Counted from the stretch's first letter, positions 1 through 9,322 are shown. The stretch is DNA of 24,034 bases from a virus (IMGVR_UViG_3300049639_000129:1-24034); one strand, 5' to 3'. The notes: generated by a model from the letters alone, not told the origin. Translations and numbers: made by a program.

Positions 1-677
1 AAACTGAATGTAGTATTAGTTGTCCCGCTTCTGACAGGTGCGCTGAAATTCGCATCTATCCGCATGCTGTCGTATTCGAAATTTGAGAATTTTATGGTTA
101 TGGGGTTGCCACTTGCTGGACCTGCTCCCTGCGCGAGAACTCCAAAAAACATGCAAATATACGCGCTTGTATGTGGAATGTCGTCGCCCGTGTAGTTCCA
201 GTCGAGGATTGTAGTACCGTCCGAGGCAACTACTGAATAGTAAACATAGGAGGGAGTCCATTCTATTGTGTAGACTACCCCGCTATCGTTTACGTATGGA
301 TTCGTGCTCAGGCAACCATAGTGAATATTTTCAGGGTGACTGTCAATGGAAGCAGGATGACAGGAAAACCAGATTCTCTCATCATATCCAGGCCATTGAT
401 TGATTTCAATATCTAGCTCGTTGGGTATGTCTGTGTTGGGATCGTCATAGTAGGTGTTGAGACCCAGACTCGCGTTTCTCTCGATGTTGAGCGTGGGGGA
501 GCTTGCCGTCCACCTCATACGCCCGTATAGGTATGGAGTCGGTGTTTCGAATAATACCCCTTTGTAGATGCCATCGAACTTCTGCATCCTCAGATTGAGG
601 TCGCCGTTATCGTCTACCCATGCATTCGAGCGATCTACTCTTGGTCCCTGACACCAAACCCATGAAATGCCCTTCCA
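1..677 (-). repeat. Left arm of long inverted repeat (pairs with 23285-23961)
   Basis: The reverse complement aligns without gaps to 23285-23961, with identical blocks interspersed with synonymously diverged patches. Confidence 0.97.
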
Positions 678-1187
678 TGTAAGTTTTGATCCGGTTGGAT
701 AGGTTATAGGGGTGCCCCCCCCTCCAGTTGAAGTGACGGTTATGTACGCTGTTTTTGTTTCAGTATCATTTTTATCGGAGTCTGTTTTACAATCCGCGCA
801 AGAACTTTCCGGTCCATTTTTAGAATAAGTCCGTTCTTCTCCGGTGTAACTATCTTTTAATTCAATATTTGGAATGTAACTCTTGTATTCTCCAGGCTGA
901 CTTGTGTATATACTCTTGTATCCTTTTGCATTATTTGCAGAGTAATAGAAACTTATAGCAAGTTTTTCACCCTTGCAGGATTCACAGGCCCATAAATCAC
1001 AAACGTAACCTTTTTCTTTTGCGGATTCAAAGAGGTTTGACGCATAATTGTCTTTATCAGTTACGCTTTCACATAGAGTTTTTATCTGTTCTTCGGATGG
1101 GAGGTTTTTTCCTTCTGTTGCTGATACCGCAGAGGCGGTAATCAGGGCAATAAAAAGGGCTATACAGAGTATTCCTTTGTAGTTCAT
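1..1187 (-). CDS. Secreted GH16-like glycoside hydrolase + PKD domain protein (partial, runs off left edge)
   Basis: Manual translation from ATG 1187 is open to base 1: MNYKGILCIALFIALITASAVSA (signal peptide), a Cys-containing N-domain, a PKD-like terminal strand (DTETKTAYITV), a Gly4 linker, a GH16-type domain with catalytic motif ELDIE, then the start of a PKD domain (DANFSAPVRSG). Not in the ORF track because there is no stop in the window. Confidence 0.85.
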   Translation of the reverse strand, partial: MNYKGILCIALFIALITASAVSATEGKNLPSEEQIKTLCESVTDKDNYASNLFESAKEKGYVCDLWACESCKGEKLAISFYYSANNAKGYKSIYTSQPGEYKSYIPNIELKDSYTGEERTYSKNGPESSCADCKTDSDKNDTETKTAYITVTSTGGGGTPITYPTGSKLTWKGISWVWCQGPRVDRSNAWVDDNGDLNLRMQKFDGIYKGVLFETPTPYLYGRMRWTASSPTLNIERNASLGLNTYYDDPNTDIPNELDIEINQWPGYDERIWFSCHPASIDSHPENIHYGCLSTNPYVNDSGVVYTIEWTPSYVYYSVVASDGTTILDWNYTGDDIPHTSAYICMFFGVLAQGAGPASGNPITIKFSNFEYDSMRIDANFSAPVRSGTTNTTFS

Positions 1188-1212
1188 TTTGTTTTAGTCA
1201 CCTTCTATATTT

Positions 1213-1413
1213 TTAATCTTCAGGATATTTTTGTTCCCTGATACACAGCTCTCCAGTCTCCTTTTTTAATCTGTACACCAGGTCTTTGCCTTCAAAATAA
1301 CTTCTTATTTTCGAATAATCATTTGTGCCAAAATAGAGCATACCGAGTCCACGTTTTTGGTTATACACACGCATACTGGTATTTCCTGTGATTTCCTTTT
1401 CAGTCTCTTTCAT
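1213..1413 (-). CDS. Small hypothetical protein (66 aa)
   Basis: ORF track; co-oriented and 26 bp upstream of the GH16 gene; putative SD (GAGTG) before the start. Confidence 0.6.
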   Translation of the reverse strand: MKETEKEITGNTSMRVYNQKRGLGMLYFGTNDYSKIRSYFEGKDLVYRLKKETGELCIREQKYPED

Positions 1414-1478
1414 GTGATTACACTCGTCATTCGGTCAAGATATACTATTTTTGGCATCAACACATATTAAATAATCTC

Positions 1479-1504
1479 CATTGTAGATAAATTTATCTAC
1501 AATG
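1479..1504. promoter_or_regulatory. Perfect 26-bp spacerless palindrome
   Basis: CATTGTAGATAAA|TTTATCTACAATG, located in the intergenic region upstream of the 1413/1187 genes. Confidence 0.75.
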
Positions 1505-1696
1505 AAGACTATCTTATATTTACAGTTAAAGAAATCACAGAGGTTTAATTATGGCATCAAAATCTATCAAATCGATAGTAAAAAAGAGTGAAAATGAATA
1601 CTTAGTATCTTAAAAGGTAGTCATTTTAAAAAGAAAAGAAGAGTTAAAAAAGTATCTCTCCATTCTCGGAAAACGTCATGTTCTTCATGGTCCACC

Positions 1697-2236
1697 TTAT
1701 CTAAAGATATAGTTAAGAAGCAATCTTAAATATCCTGGGCTCTGGTCCTCGCTCTGCTCGAAGTTCTCGACTACAGCGTCAATTTTTGAGCTCGTATTAT
1801 TAGAGGCTGGAGGGATAAAGGTATTATTTTCCTGGGTGCTGTTATTTGCCCCCTGGGGTATTCCTATCCCTGAGCTGCTGTAGTCCTTCGCCTTATCTAC
1901 TAGCTGAGTGCAGGCAGCCCGAGCGTTTATAATCTGCCCGCACCTTTCCCTAGGCACGCTTATATTATTAGCTTTCTCTTTCACCTGGTTCTTTATGGCC
2001 TGTTTAAGCTTCTCCTCATCCTGGACTATCTCAACAGTATCACGGACCGGATTTTTAACAGTATCCTTTATCTTCTCGGCGGCCTTAAGGTCCGTAAAGT
2101 TTGCAGTTATCGGGATCGCTTCGGTAGTATCTGATTTTAAAAATTTTCTAAGTTCGGTTTCATTCTTCGCACCTACAGCACCTACTAGGGAAATAAGGAG
2201 GGCCGCAACCAATAACGCTTTTATGTATCTATTCAA
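1697..2236 (-). CDS. Secreted/exported hypothetical protein (179 aa)
   Basis: N-terminal signal peptide MNRYIKALLVAALLISLVGAVGA; GGAGG SD upstream on the minus strand; amphipathic C-terminus. Confidence 0.8.
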   Translation of the reverse strand: MNRYIKALLVAALLISLVGAVGAKNETELRKFLKSDTTEAIPITANFTDLKAAEKIKDTVKNPVRDTVEIVQDEEKLKQAIKNQVKEKANNISVPRERCGQIINARAACTQLVDKAKDYSSSGIGIPQGANNSTQENNTFIPPASNNTSSKIDAVVENFEQSEDQSPGYLRLLLNYIFR

Positions 2237-2265
2237 GAGATTTAAACCTCCATATTTTAATGATA

Positions 2266-2292
2266 TATATAAACAACACTAAAATTTAAATA
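2266..2292 (+). promoter_or_regulatory. TATA-containing promoter/operator shared with the pilin operon
   Basis: TATATAAACAACACTAAAATTTAAATA is 26/27 identical to 4288-4314. Confidence 0.7.
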
Positions 2293-2308
2293 ACTTTCCG
2301 ACGTTTAA

Positions 2309-4195
2309 ATGTTTATGAGTCTCCGGGAAACATTTATTTTATTCTTATATTTGTCGTCTTTATTTTTTACAGGGGCAGCGTCGGCTGCCGGTGATTACAT
2401 CGTAAGCCCGACAGGAGCGACTAACGATCAAGACGTTATTAACAAAGCGATAGAAAAAGCAAGCGGGAGCGGCGGCGGTACAGTTTACCTTACGGCTGGT
2501 GTCTATCTCGTAGATGGTCCAGTAATTATAAAATCTAATGTCCACTTAACCGGAGACCCTAACGCGATTATAAGGGTATCCTCCACCTCTTCGCAATGGT
2601 TTAAAGGGCAGATCGGGGTAATATGCAACCCTACGGAGTCCGTGCATAATGTCGAAATATCAGGCTTCCAGATCGACGGGAATATTGCAAACCTGCCTAA
2701 GAGTTACGCGAATTCGAGATCTGATACTCGACATGACTGCGAAAAACTTATTTTAATAGGCGGTTGGCAAAGCAATTTTGGAAGCAATATCAAAATACAT
2801 GATATGAAGTTGTATAATGCCTTTAGCGACGGAATTTATATTAGATTTTCTAAGGGAGTCGCATGTTATAATAATTTCATATCAAACTGCCAACACGAAG
2901 GGATTTTCTTTTCATGTGTGGTCAATGGTACAATTTATAAAAATAAGATTGCAGGTATAACAAGCGACTGCGCCAGGCTCGATAACTGTCAGAACTGCAA
3001 AATACACGATAACATATTTTTCGCGTATAAAGGGGACAGTTACGGAGCGTACAAGGGCGGGCACAACGGATTGCAGATCGGGAACGCGGGAGTCTCCCAC
3101 GGGTACGATGCAAGAAATAAACCATTCAAAACTAAAAATATTGAAGTTTTTAACAACGTTTTCTCTGATCCTGGGCTTAGGGCTATCTGGTATCATGGCG
3201 GGGAAAATGTGTATATACATGATAACGAGTTTGTCAATGCTGAAGAACTAATAACTATGGGTATTCCGGTCGGCGACATATCCTTCGATAACCAGCCGAG
3301 TGTCGAAATGAGCGAGGAGGTCTTCGGGGGCCTCCTTAAAATCCTTAATATTGATTTCGTCCATACTGCCAGGAATAACCAGACAGAGGAAAGCCTCAAA
3401 ATACCAGTAGAGGAAAGGGACAAAGGGAAGATAAGAGGAGGTATAATTATTGCAGGCTTCGCCGACGTCGTTTATAAAAAAGGCGTGCCTTATATCCCGG
3501 ATAACGAAAGCGTCCTCGTTAAAGCGATCGCCATGCCTTCACCAGCCTATACTTTCTTTAATGCTGGGGTCCACAGGACAGAAAAGCAGATCGAGAAAGG
3601 GATCGAAAACGGGGAAGCCTACGCGAAAATGACCGTAACAATGCACTATACCGTAAGCAGCAAAAACTCAAAAGGAGAGAAGGTTACAAAGCTAAAGACT
3701 ACTAAGGAAGTCTTCGAGGCGAAGCGGGTACCAGCTCCGGCGGTCCTTCCACGACCTGATAAAGTAAATTTCCGAATAGATCAATACACAGGAGGAATTA
3801 AAAATTATACCACGGTCGCACCTTACCCCTCGGTTCCGGAGGGCCTGCAGAGGGTAGAGTATGAATATGATGGGAAGATCGTAAAACACGTTTTAGAAGT
3901 CGGAGAACGCATAAGAGGGGATAACGGTATAATTCACACAAATATAACAGAGGTTAGTTACTGGGATGGAGATCTCGACCACTTCGGAGACGGCCTATAT
4001 ATTGAAGGAGAATTCGACCAGGATAAACTAAAGATCCGAGCCTATACGATATACGAGGAGATCCCCACAGAGTCAGAGTATTTCCTCCATGAGTACAAAG
4101 CTCAGAGGCTCCTAAGCTTCGAGAATATTATTGTGATCCTTAAAATCTGCCTGACTCTCTTTGCTTTATACCAACTCTTAAAAATCATTTTTTAA
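2309..4195 (+). CDS. Membrane-anchored right-handed beta-helix (pectate lyase-like) surface protein
   Basis: Signal peptide; pectin-lyase-fold start (DQDVINKAIEKA..GGGTVYLTAGVY); PbH1-like repeats (DGIYIRFSKGV, EGIFFSCVVNG); C-terminal hydrophobic anchor. The start may be 2315. Confidence 0.85.
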   Translation: MFMSLRETFILFLYLSSLFFTGAASAAGDYIVSPTGATNDQDVINKAIEKASGSGGGTVYLTAGVYLVDGPVIIKSNVHLTGDPNAIIRVSSTSSQWFKGQIGVICNPTESVHNVEISGFQIDGNIANLPKSYANSRSDTRHDCEKLILIGGWQSNFGSNIKIHDMKLYNAFSDGIYIRFSKGVACYNNFISNCQHEGIFFSCVVNGTIYKNKIAGITSDCARLDNCQNCKIHDNIFFAYKGDSYGAYKGGHNGLQIGNAGVSHGYDARNKPFKTKNIEVFNNVFSDPGLRAIWYHGGENVYIHDNEFVNAEELITMGIPVGDISFDNQPSVEMSEEVFGGLLKILNIDFVHTARNNQTEESLKIPVEERDKGKIRGGIIIAGFADVVYKKGVPYIPDNESVLVKAIAMPSPAYTFFNAGVHRTEKQIEKGIENGEAYAKMTVTMHYTVSSKNSKGEKVTKLKTTKEVFEAKRVPAPAVLPRPDKVNFRIDQYTGGIKNYTTVAPYPSVPEGLQRVEYEYDGKIVKHVLEVGERIRGDNGIIHTNITEVSYWDGDLDHFGDGLYIEGEFDQDKLKIRAYTIYEEIPTESEYFLHEYKAQRLLSFENIIVILKICLTLFALYQLLKIIF

Positions 4196-4275
4196 TTTTT
4201 AAGTATGTAGTTTATCCGAATAAATTACATACTCTTTTCTTTTATTGTTTCTTCTGACAGTGTTTAAGTGTTCTT

Positions 4276-4314
4276 ATTTTAGTGTTGTATATAAAGAACA
4301 CTAAAATTTAAATA
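4276..4314 (+). promoter_or_regulatory. Promoter of the transfer operon, with an 11-bp inverted repeat flanking the TATA box
   Basis: ATTTTAGTGTT-gtatataaag-AACACTAAAAT (4276-4307); further AGTGTT copies at 4259 and 4267. Confidence 0.7.
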
Positions 4315-4337
4315 GATTAACCCCATATTATGATTAT

Positions 4338-4727
4338 ATGAAATTTAAACAAGTTTTTACGGCTGCCTGGTTATCAAGCCTGGCAGGTTTGGCGAGCACT
4401 GCCTCGGCTGCAGTCTCACAGAATGGCACGTCGGTCTATATCCAGCCCGACGCAGTGAACGGGTATAATATGCTGACACAGTTCAGTTTATTTAGTCATT
4501 TAATGAACTTCTTAGACCTGCTTAACTATCTGGTTTATATCGGGGCTATTGCCGTCGCACTTTATTGTACCCTGCTCGTTATCCTCGGCATCGTTTCCGG
4601 GAAAAGAGACCCGAAGGCAATAAGGGACGAGCTGTCAGCTCAGGCAGGACTCGTTAAGGTCGTTAAAATTATAGTATATATGAAAGTTGCCTTGATGATT
4701 ATCGACTTTGTCTTCTATATAACATGA
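4338..4727 (+). CDS. VirB2/TrbC-like pilin candidate
   Basis: 129 aa; signal-like N-terminus then two hydrophobic helices separated by a short charged loop; first gene of the operon ending in VirB4. Confidence 0.6.
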   Translation: MKFKQVFTAAWLSSLAGLASTASAAVSQNGTSVYIQPDAVNGYNMLTQFSLFSHLMNFLDLLNYLVYIGAIAVALYCTLLVILGIVSGKRDPKAIRDELSAQAGLVKVVKIIVYMKVALMIIDFVFYIT

Positions 4728-4743
4728 AAGGAGAGCGGAAACG

Positions 4744-5697
4744 ATGCGACTGCTTCCCATCTTCGGTATTATTTTTTTATTTTCTTTTTCAGTCGTCCCG
4801 GTCATGGCTGCAGACGACGATAATACTGCAGCTCTCAAAGGAATAATAACCGGGGCCTTCGATGATTGGGTTACAAAACAAGCGGACGGGCTGGTCAAGG
4901 ACTCAAAGCTCGTAAGTTCAAACAATACCGGCGATGAAGCGAGAGTCGGCGTTTTCGATTTCGTTGTTTCTCCAATAACAATATTAGAGGATGAAACCTT
5001 CCAGAAAACCCAGAAAGAGACAATACAAATTTTTATTGTTTTGGCGAAAATCCTGGTTATTATTGTCGCTCTGCTTGCGTTAGTGCAGATTTTAGACCCG
5101 GATGCAGCCGGGGGAATAACTGAATTTTTCCACGGCAGAGCGACATATTACGAGCCGAAGGACGTGTTTAAAACGGGAATAAACCTCGCCTTATGGTTCC
5201 TTTGTGGTCCAGGGATCCTAATAGCCATGTTTTGGCTCTGCAACAACTGGGTTGGTCGGATGGATACATCGGTCCTCGATCAGGTGGTCGTCTCTTCAGA
5301 TAACCTCCCTAATTATGTAATTTTTGGGTTATCAGCTAAGGGCCTTAAAATTTACATGTCGATAAGGACGGCTATACTGCTTTTTGCGTCAAGATATTGG
5401 TATTATCTAGGTATAATGCTCGCCTGGAAAAAGACACGATGGGTAGGAATTCTTATTCTCGAATATATCGCGGTTCAGGTTTTCGTCCAGCCTGTTTTAG
5501 TTAGTCTGTTAACTGAAACGGTCGGCTACGTTTTAGACGGAGGCTTCGGGTTTTTCCTCGTTGATATGGTAGTATACGGAGGTCTAGCAATCTTAATGTC
5601 TTTAATTTGTTTCATAGCACTCACTTGCCCGATATGGATAAAATTGTTTAGTCCTAACACATTAAGGTCAGTTGTAGGGATCGCAAAAATCGCATAA
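4744..5697 (+). CDS. VirB6/TrbL-like polytopic membrane protein
   Basis: Signal peptide plus multiple hydrophobic segments; position between the pilin-like gene and VirB4. Confidence 0.6.
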   Translation: MRLLPIFGIIFLFSFSVVPVMAADDDNTAALKGIITGAFDDWVTKQADGLVKDSKLVSSNNTGDEARVGVFDFVVSPITILEDETFQKTQKETIQIFIVLAKILVIIVALLALVQILDPDAAGGITEFFHGRATYYEPKDVFKTGINLALWFLCGPGILIAMFWLCNNWVGRMDTSVLDQVVVSSDNLPNYVIFGLSAKGLKIYMSIRTAILLFASRYWYYLGIMLAWKKTRWVGILILEYIAVQVFVQPVLVSLLTETVGYVLDGGFGFFLVDMVVYGGLAILMSLICFIALTCPIWIKLFSPNTLRSVVGIAKIA

Positions 5698-5710
5698 GGA
5701 GGCTTATTAA

Positions 5711-6601
5711 ATGACAAACACACCCCCCGCGACGTTGAAGAAGGCTTATACGGGGCTCTCAGGGACCAGGGAAAAATCTAAAAAGTTCTTTATTTCTGCT
5801 GGGACTGCTTTTTTAGACCTGGAGCTCGCGAGCCGTGCCAGAGAGATATATCGAGTTTACGGGTATGATAATTATTTACTTCATTTTTATATAGGTCTCG
5901 GATTGGTGGTTACTGCTACCGTCTGGATCTGCTTAAAAGACGACGCTATCTTTTATAAAGTCGGTAATTTCTTAGACTTTTTGTATAGATGGATAATGAG
6001 AAAAGATTTCGTTTATAAACATGATGATAAAAAAACAAGCGACAAAGACATCGACGAGCACGTAAAAGTTAAGAAAATGTCTAAGTTCGGGATAATTTGG
6101 TTTAAGATCCTGACAATATACAAAAAATACAAGTGTAACACCGGGGTTATTTTCGTAGTCAATCCCCAGGACGTCCAGGACTTAGACGACTTTAACGAAA
6201 CGACTGCTTTACTACTTTACAGCCTACAGCCTGGGATCTTACAAAAATACCACACACTCCAAAGCCAGGACATGAGCGATATAGCAGAGCAGTATGAGGA
6301 ACGTCTTAAACTGCCCCCAGAAGAGCTTGGACCTGCTGAGAGAGTCGGGCTTTTTTACACCAAACAATTTTTACAAAGTCTTTCAGGGAGAGTTAACTGG
6401 GCTTATTTCATTTTCCTCGGTACTGGCTATTATACAGATGAAGAAAAAGCTAACCTGGAAGTATCTAGGATTATTAAAGCCTATCAGCTCTTTCTCGAAA
6501 ATTCCGGTATTGAGTCAAGGCTCATAACCTCGCCTTACGAGTACGAATTGATAACCAGGCAAATGCGGAGCATGAAAAATATAGGGGTGGTTACTGTATG
6601 A
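5711..6601 (+). CDS. VirB3/PrgI-like membrane protein with soluble C-terminal domain
   Basis: N-terminal hydrophobic segment(s); translationally coupled to VirB4 by an ATGA overlap at 6598-6601. Confidence 0.5.
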   Translation: MTNTPPATLKKAYTGLSGTREKSKKFFISAGTAFLDLELASRAREIYRVYGYDNYLLHFYIGLGLVVTATVWICLKDDAIFYKVGNFLDFLYRWIMRKDFVYKHDDKKTSDKDIDEHVKVKKMSKFGIIWFKILTIYKKYKCNTGVIFVVNPQDVQDLDDFNETTALLLYSLQPGILQKYHTLQSQDMSDIAEQYEERLKLPPEELGPAERVGLFYTKQFLQSLSGRVNWAYFIFLGTGYYTDEEKANLEVSRIIKAYQLFLENSGIESRLITSPYEYELITRQMRSMKNIGVVTV

Positions 6602-9309
6602 GTATCCCAATAATGTATAAGATCCTTCCAAAGCCCATAAAGAGGAGCTGGGCAGAATTCAAATGTTTTGTAAACGTTAAAAACTGGTTTAAACAGTTTG
6701 AGGAGATCGACAGGCGGCTCGTCCTGTCCCTTTCTCCTACTGTTTTTAAGCCAAAATGGGGAGGGCGGTATCTATACGCTGACGGCTGCTATATGCAGAT
6801 TATAAGCGTAGGAGATCCAAGTCCAGTTAATCCTAATAGGCAGGGAATACCCCCTAGAAAGGATCTTAGGCTTATAGATGACCTGCTAGACATCCCAACT
6901 GGGGAAAATGCCTGCATAGGAATTACGCAGACTGCTATACCCCTGCCTCCGAGAGACGAGATCGATGCCTTAGAGAACGCCAGGCGCGAAAATATCCTGG
7001 CGGCTGCAATGCAGGAAGCAGAAAACGAGGGCGTCTTTAAAAATATTCACGATAAGATTATCGACTATATAGCTGAGGGTATAAACGAGTATAACCGGGC
7101 AGTATTCGAGGGCCGTATGAGAATGTTTGAATTCTCGCTCCTGGTTGCGGTTAAGGGGAAGACTACAAAAGACGTAGACGACCTTATGAGCCTTATTATC
7201 GCTCTCCTGGACGGTAAGAGGGTAATACATGAAATCATAGAGTATGGACAGACTGACGCATATTATATGATGATGCCGACGCCGTTTATTAAGGAACGGC
7301 TTCTCTCGACCACAACCGGCGAGATGGTCGCCAGGACCAGCCCATTACGGAATAAAAATCCGAGGCTAGCGAAGTCGGGCCACTGGCTAGGGCTTAACGA
7401 GGATACAAATAACCCAATTTTCCTAAATTTCAAAGACGGAAGCCTGGTTTCTGGTCATGCTATAGTAATAGGAAAAAGTGGATCTGGAAAGTCGACTGAG
7501 CTTCTTAAGGACAATAAAAGAGTTCTTGAGATGGGAGACGAGGCTTTCCACATTGTCCCGAAGGCTGACGAGGATACTAACCATATCAACGTATGTAAAG
7601 AACTTGGCGGGCAGCTTATTAAGATCGGGCATATGCAGGCGGGGGCACAGGATGCAGACACTAACCCTAACATGTTCCAGGTCTTCTTTGATCCGGAAAG
7701 AATGGATAACTCATTAGGATCTTACCAGCTTGCGTTTTCTAAACATATGTCGCTTTTGCCGGATGTTATCGGGCTCCTAATTGGTGACAGTTTTTCAGAC
7801 CCTCAGAAAAATTGGGTATATAGCTCGCTGGTAGAGTTATACCACAGGCGAGGAGTGACAGACAACAACGGAAACGTCATTAACCTGGATAAATGGGAAG
7901 ATGGCAACTTCTGGCCTAATTTCGATGATTGGCGGGCTCTCATATATGAGTGGATGCAAGACGATGAGCACAAAGCCCCTAATGTGAATTCTGTCCTTGC
8001 TGCCATCTATAACAATACAACCATGATAACCCGGAAAGGGCCTTACGGTTTCCTTGTAAATAACAACATCCTAAAGCTTAGGAATAGATTTACAATGGTT
8101 GACCTTTCCGAGCTCATAGACTCGCCTAATATTCAGGACGCGTTGATCCTGCTTATTACAGGGATCATTAACACAAAGATCCAATGTGTACCGAAAGGGC
8201 AGGTTAAGAAACATATTTTTATTACCTTGGACGAAGGCGCAAACCTGGTTAAGATCCCACGGATGCGAATCGTAATTGAACGGATGTTCAGAGAGCTTCG
8301 CAGTTTTGGAGGTCATCTTAAAATAGTATTCCAGGACCTAGCAGGCGTGCCCCCGGAGACGATACTTATGATGAAAACAAATTCCGACTACGTGCTCCTG
8401 CTTTCTAACATGTCAGCCTATAACATAAAGCCGTTAGTTAAAGAATTTAACCTCACTAGAAACGACATAAGGAGACTTAAAGCGAAAGGAAAAGGAAAGG
8501 GCCTCCTGATCGTCGGAGACACGCGTATAAACTATTTCAATTCACTTACTGAGGATGATGAGAGGGTAATCTTTGGGAAATCGTTGAAAGTTGATTCTGA
8601 GAATACAGAGCAGTCGGCTGGATTCTGCCTGGATAAAAGGGTACAGTGGGTAAAGGATAAACATAAAGTCTTTTTAAAAGACTGGCTTACCGGCATACCT
8701 TTAAACCAGGTTATACGGGTACCCGGCTACGAAATGGAGCAATTCGACCATCCATTCAAGGCAGGAAAAAAGACGGTTTATGTTGAAGTCGGGCTCGAAA
8801 AAGAGGACGGGCACATCAAAAACCAGACGAAGGAACATTACCTCTTTGCCTGCGCTCTCGCAGGCGAAGGCTCATTAATGGGAGCAGTCGCAACTACTGA
8901 CGACTATGGGACACATCAAGAAGTAGACGTTAAGCTAGTCTTCAACCAGGGGACTGATAACGAAACTGTAATCGGGATTGAAGTTGAAATCGAAAGATCG
9001 CATACGGCAAAGGAACTTCAGGAAAAACGAGACAGGTTATTAATGAGAAAACGCGATGGGAAGCCTGAATTTGACCATATAATTTTCACGGGAACACATG
9101 ATTATTATAAAACGACACTCCGCGACGCCGTTGGGCCCGATTATTCAGCCCCCAGAGGCAAAAGGCTAAGGGAAAAAATACTCGCTTGCGTAAAAACAGG
9201 AAAGAGGGCAGCCGATGACGAAAAATTAAAGGGCGGAGAAAACCAGGATTCAGGAAATCCGCCTGATTTAAACGTGTATTCCTGCGAATCGACCGCTCAG
9301 GAGGCTTAA
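6598..9309 (+). CDS. virB4: VirB4-like conjugation ATPase with extra C-terminal domain
   Basis: Walker A GKSGSGKS (7471-7494), Walker B ITLDEG (8221-8238), R-S-F-G-G arginine-finger region, GxG motif (KGKGKGLL), long VirB4-type N-terminal domain; 903 aa. Confidence 0.85.
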   Translation: MSIPIMYKILPKPIKRSWAEFKCFVNVKNWFKQFEEIDRRLVLSLSPTVFKPKWGGRYLYADGCYMQIISVGDPSPVNPNRQGIPPRKDLRLIDDLLDIPTGENACIGITQTAIPLPPRDEIDALENARRENILAAAMQEAENEGVFKNIHDKIIDYIAEGINEYNRAVFEGRMRMFEFSLLVAVKGKTTKDVDDLMSLIIALLDGKRVIHEIIEYGQTDAYYMMMPTPFIKERLLSTTTGEMVARTSPLRNKNPRLAKSGHWLGLNEDTNNPIFLNFKDGSLVSGHAIVIGKSGSGKSTELLKDNKRVLEMGDEAFHIVPKADEDTNHINVCKELGGQLIKIGHMQAGAQDADTNPNMFQVFFDPERMDNSLGSYQLAFSKHMSLLPDVIGLLIGDSFSDPQKNWVYSSLVELYHRRGVTDNNGNVINLDKWEDGNFWPNFDDWRALIYEWMQDDEHKAPNVNSVLAAIYNNTTMITRKGPYGFLVNNNILKLRNRFTMVDLSELIDSPNIQDALILLITGIINTKIQCVPKGQVKKHIFITLDEGANLVKIPRMRIVIERMFRELRSFGGHLKIVFQDLAGVPPETILMMKTNSDYVLLLSNMSAYNIKPLVKEFNLTRNDIRRLKAKGKGKGLLIVGDTRINYFNSLTEDDERVIFGKSLKVDSENTEQSAGFCLDKRVQWVKDKHKVFLKDWLTGIPLNQVIRVPGYEMEQFDHPFKAGKKTVYVEVGLEKEDGHIKNQTKEHYLFACALAGEGSLMGAVATTDDYGTHQEVDVKLVFNQGTDNETVIGIEVEIERSHTAKELQEKRDRLLMRKRDGKPEFDHIIFTGTHDYYKTTLRDAVGPDYSAPRGKRLREKILACVKTGKRAADDEKLKGGENQDSGNPPDLNVYSCESTAQEA

Positions 9310-9322
9310 CTCCTAGCGGCAC

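Noticed and set aside
16-261. 81-aa ORF pair at 16-261 (-) and 23701-23946 (+) that look conserved
   Set aside because: They are out-of-frame shadows of the GH16-PKD genes. Substitutions are synonymous in the GH16 frame and non-synonymous in these frames.
1-677. Diversity-generating retroelement TR/VR pair
   Set aside because: Differences between the arms involve all bases and are mostly synonymous rather than adenine-specific, and no reverse transcriptase is present.
1908-2282. 124-aa hydrophobic plus-strand ORF
   Set aside because: Antisense to the 179-aa signal-peptide gene, which has the SD and the natural composition.
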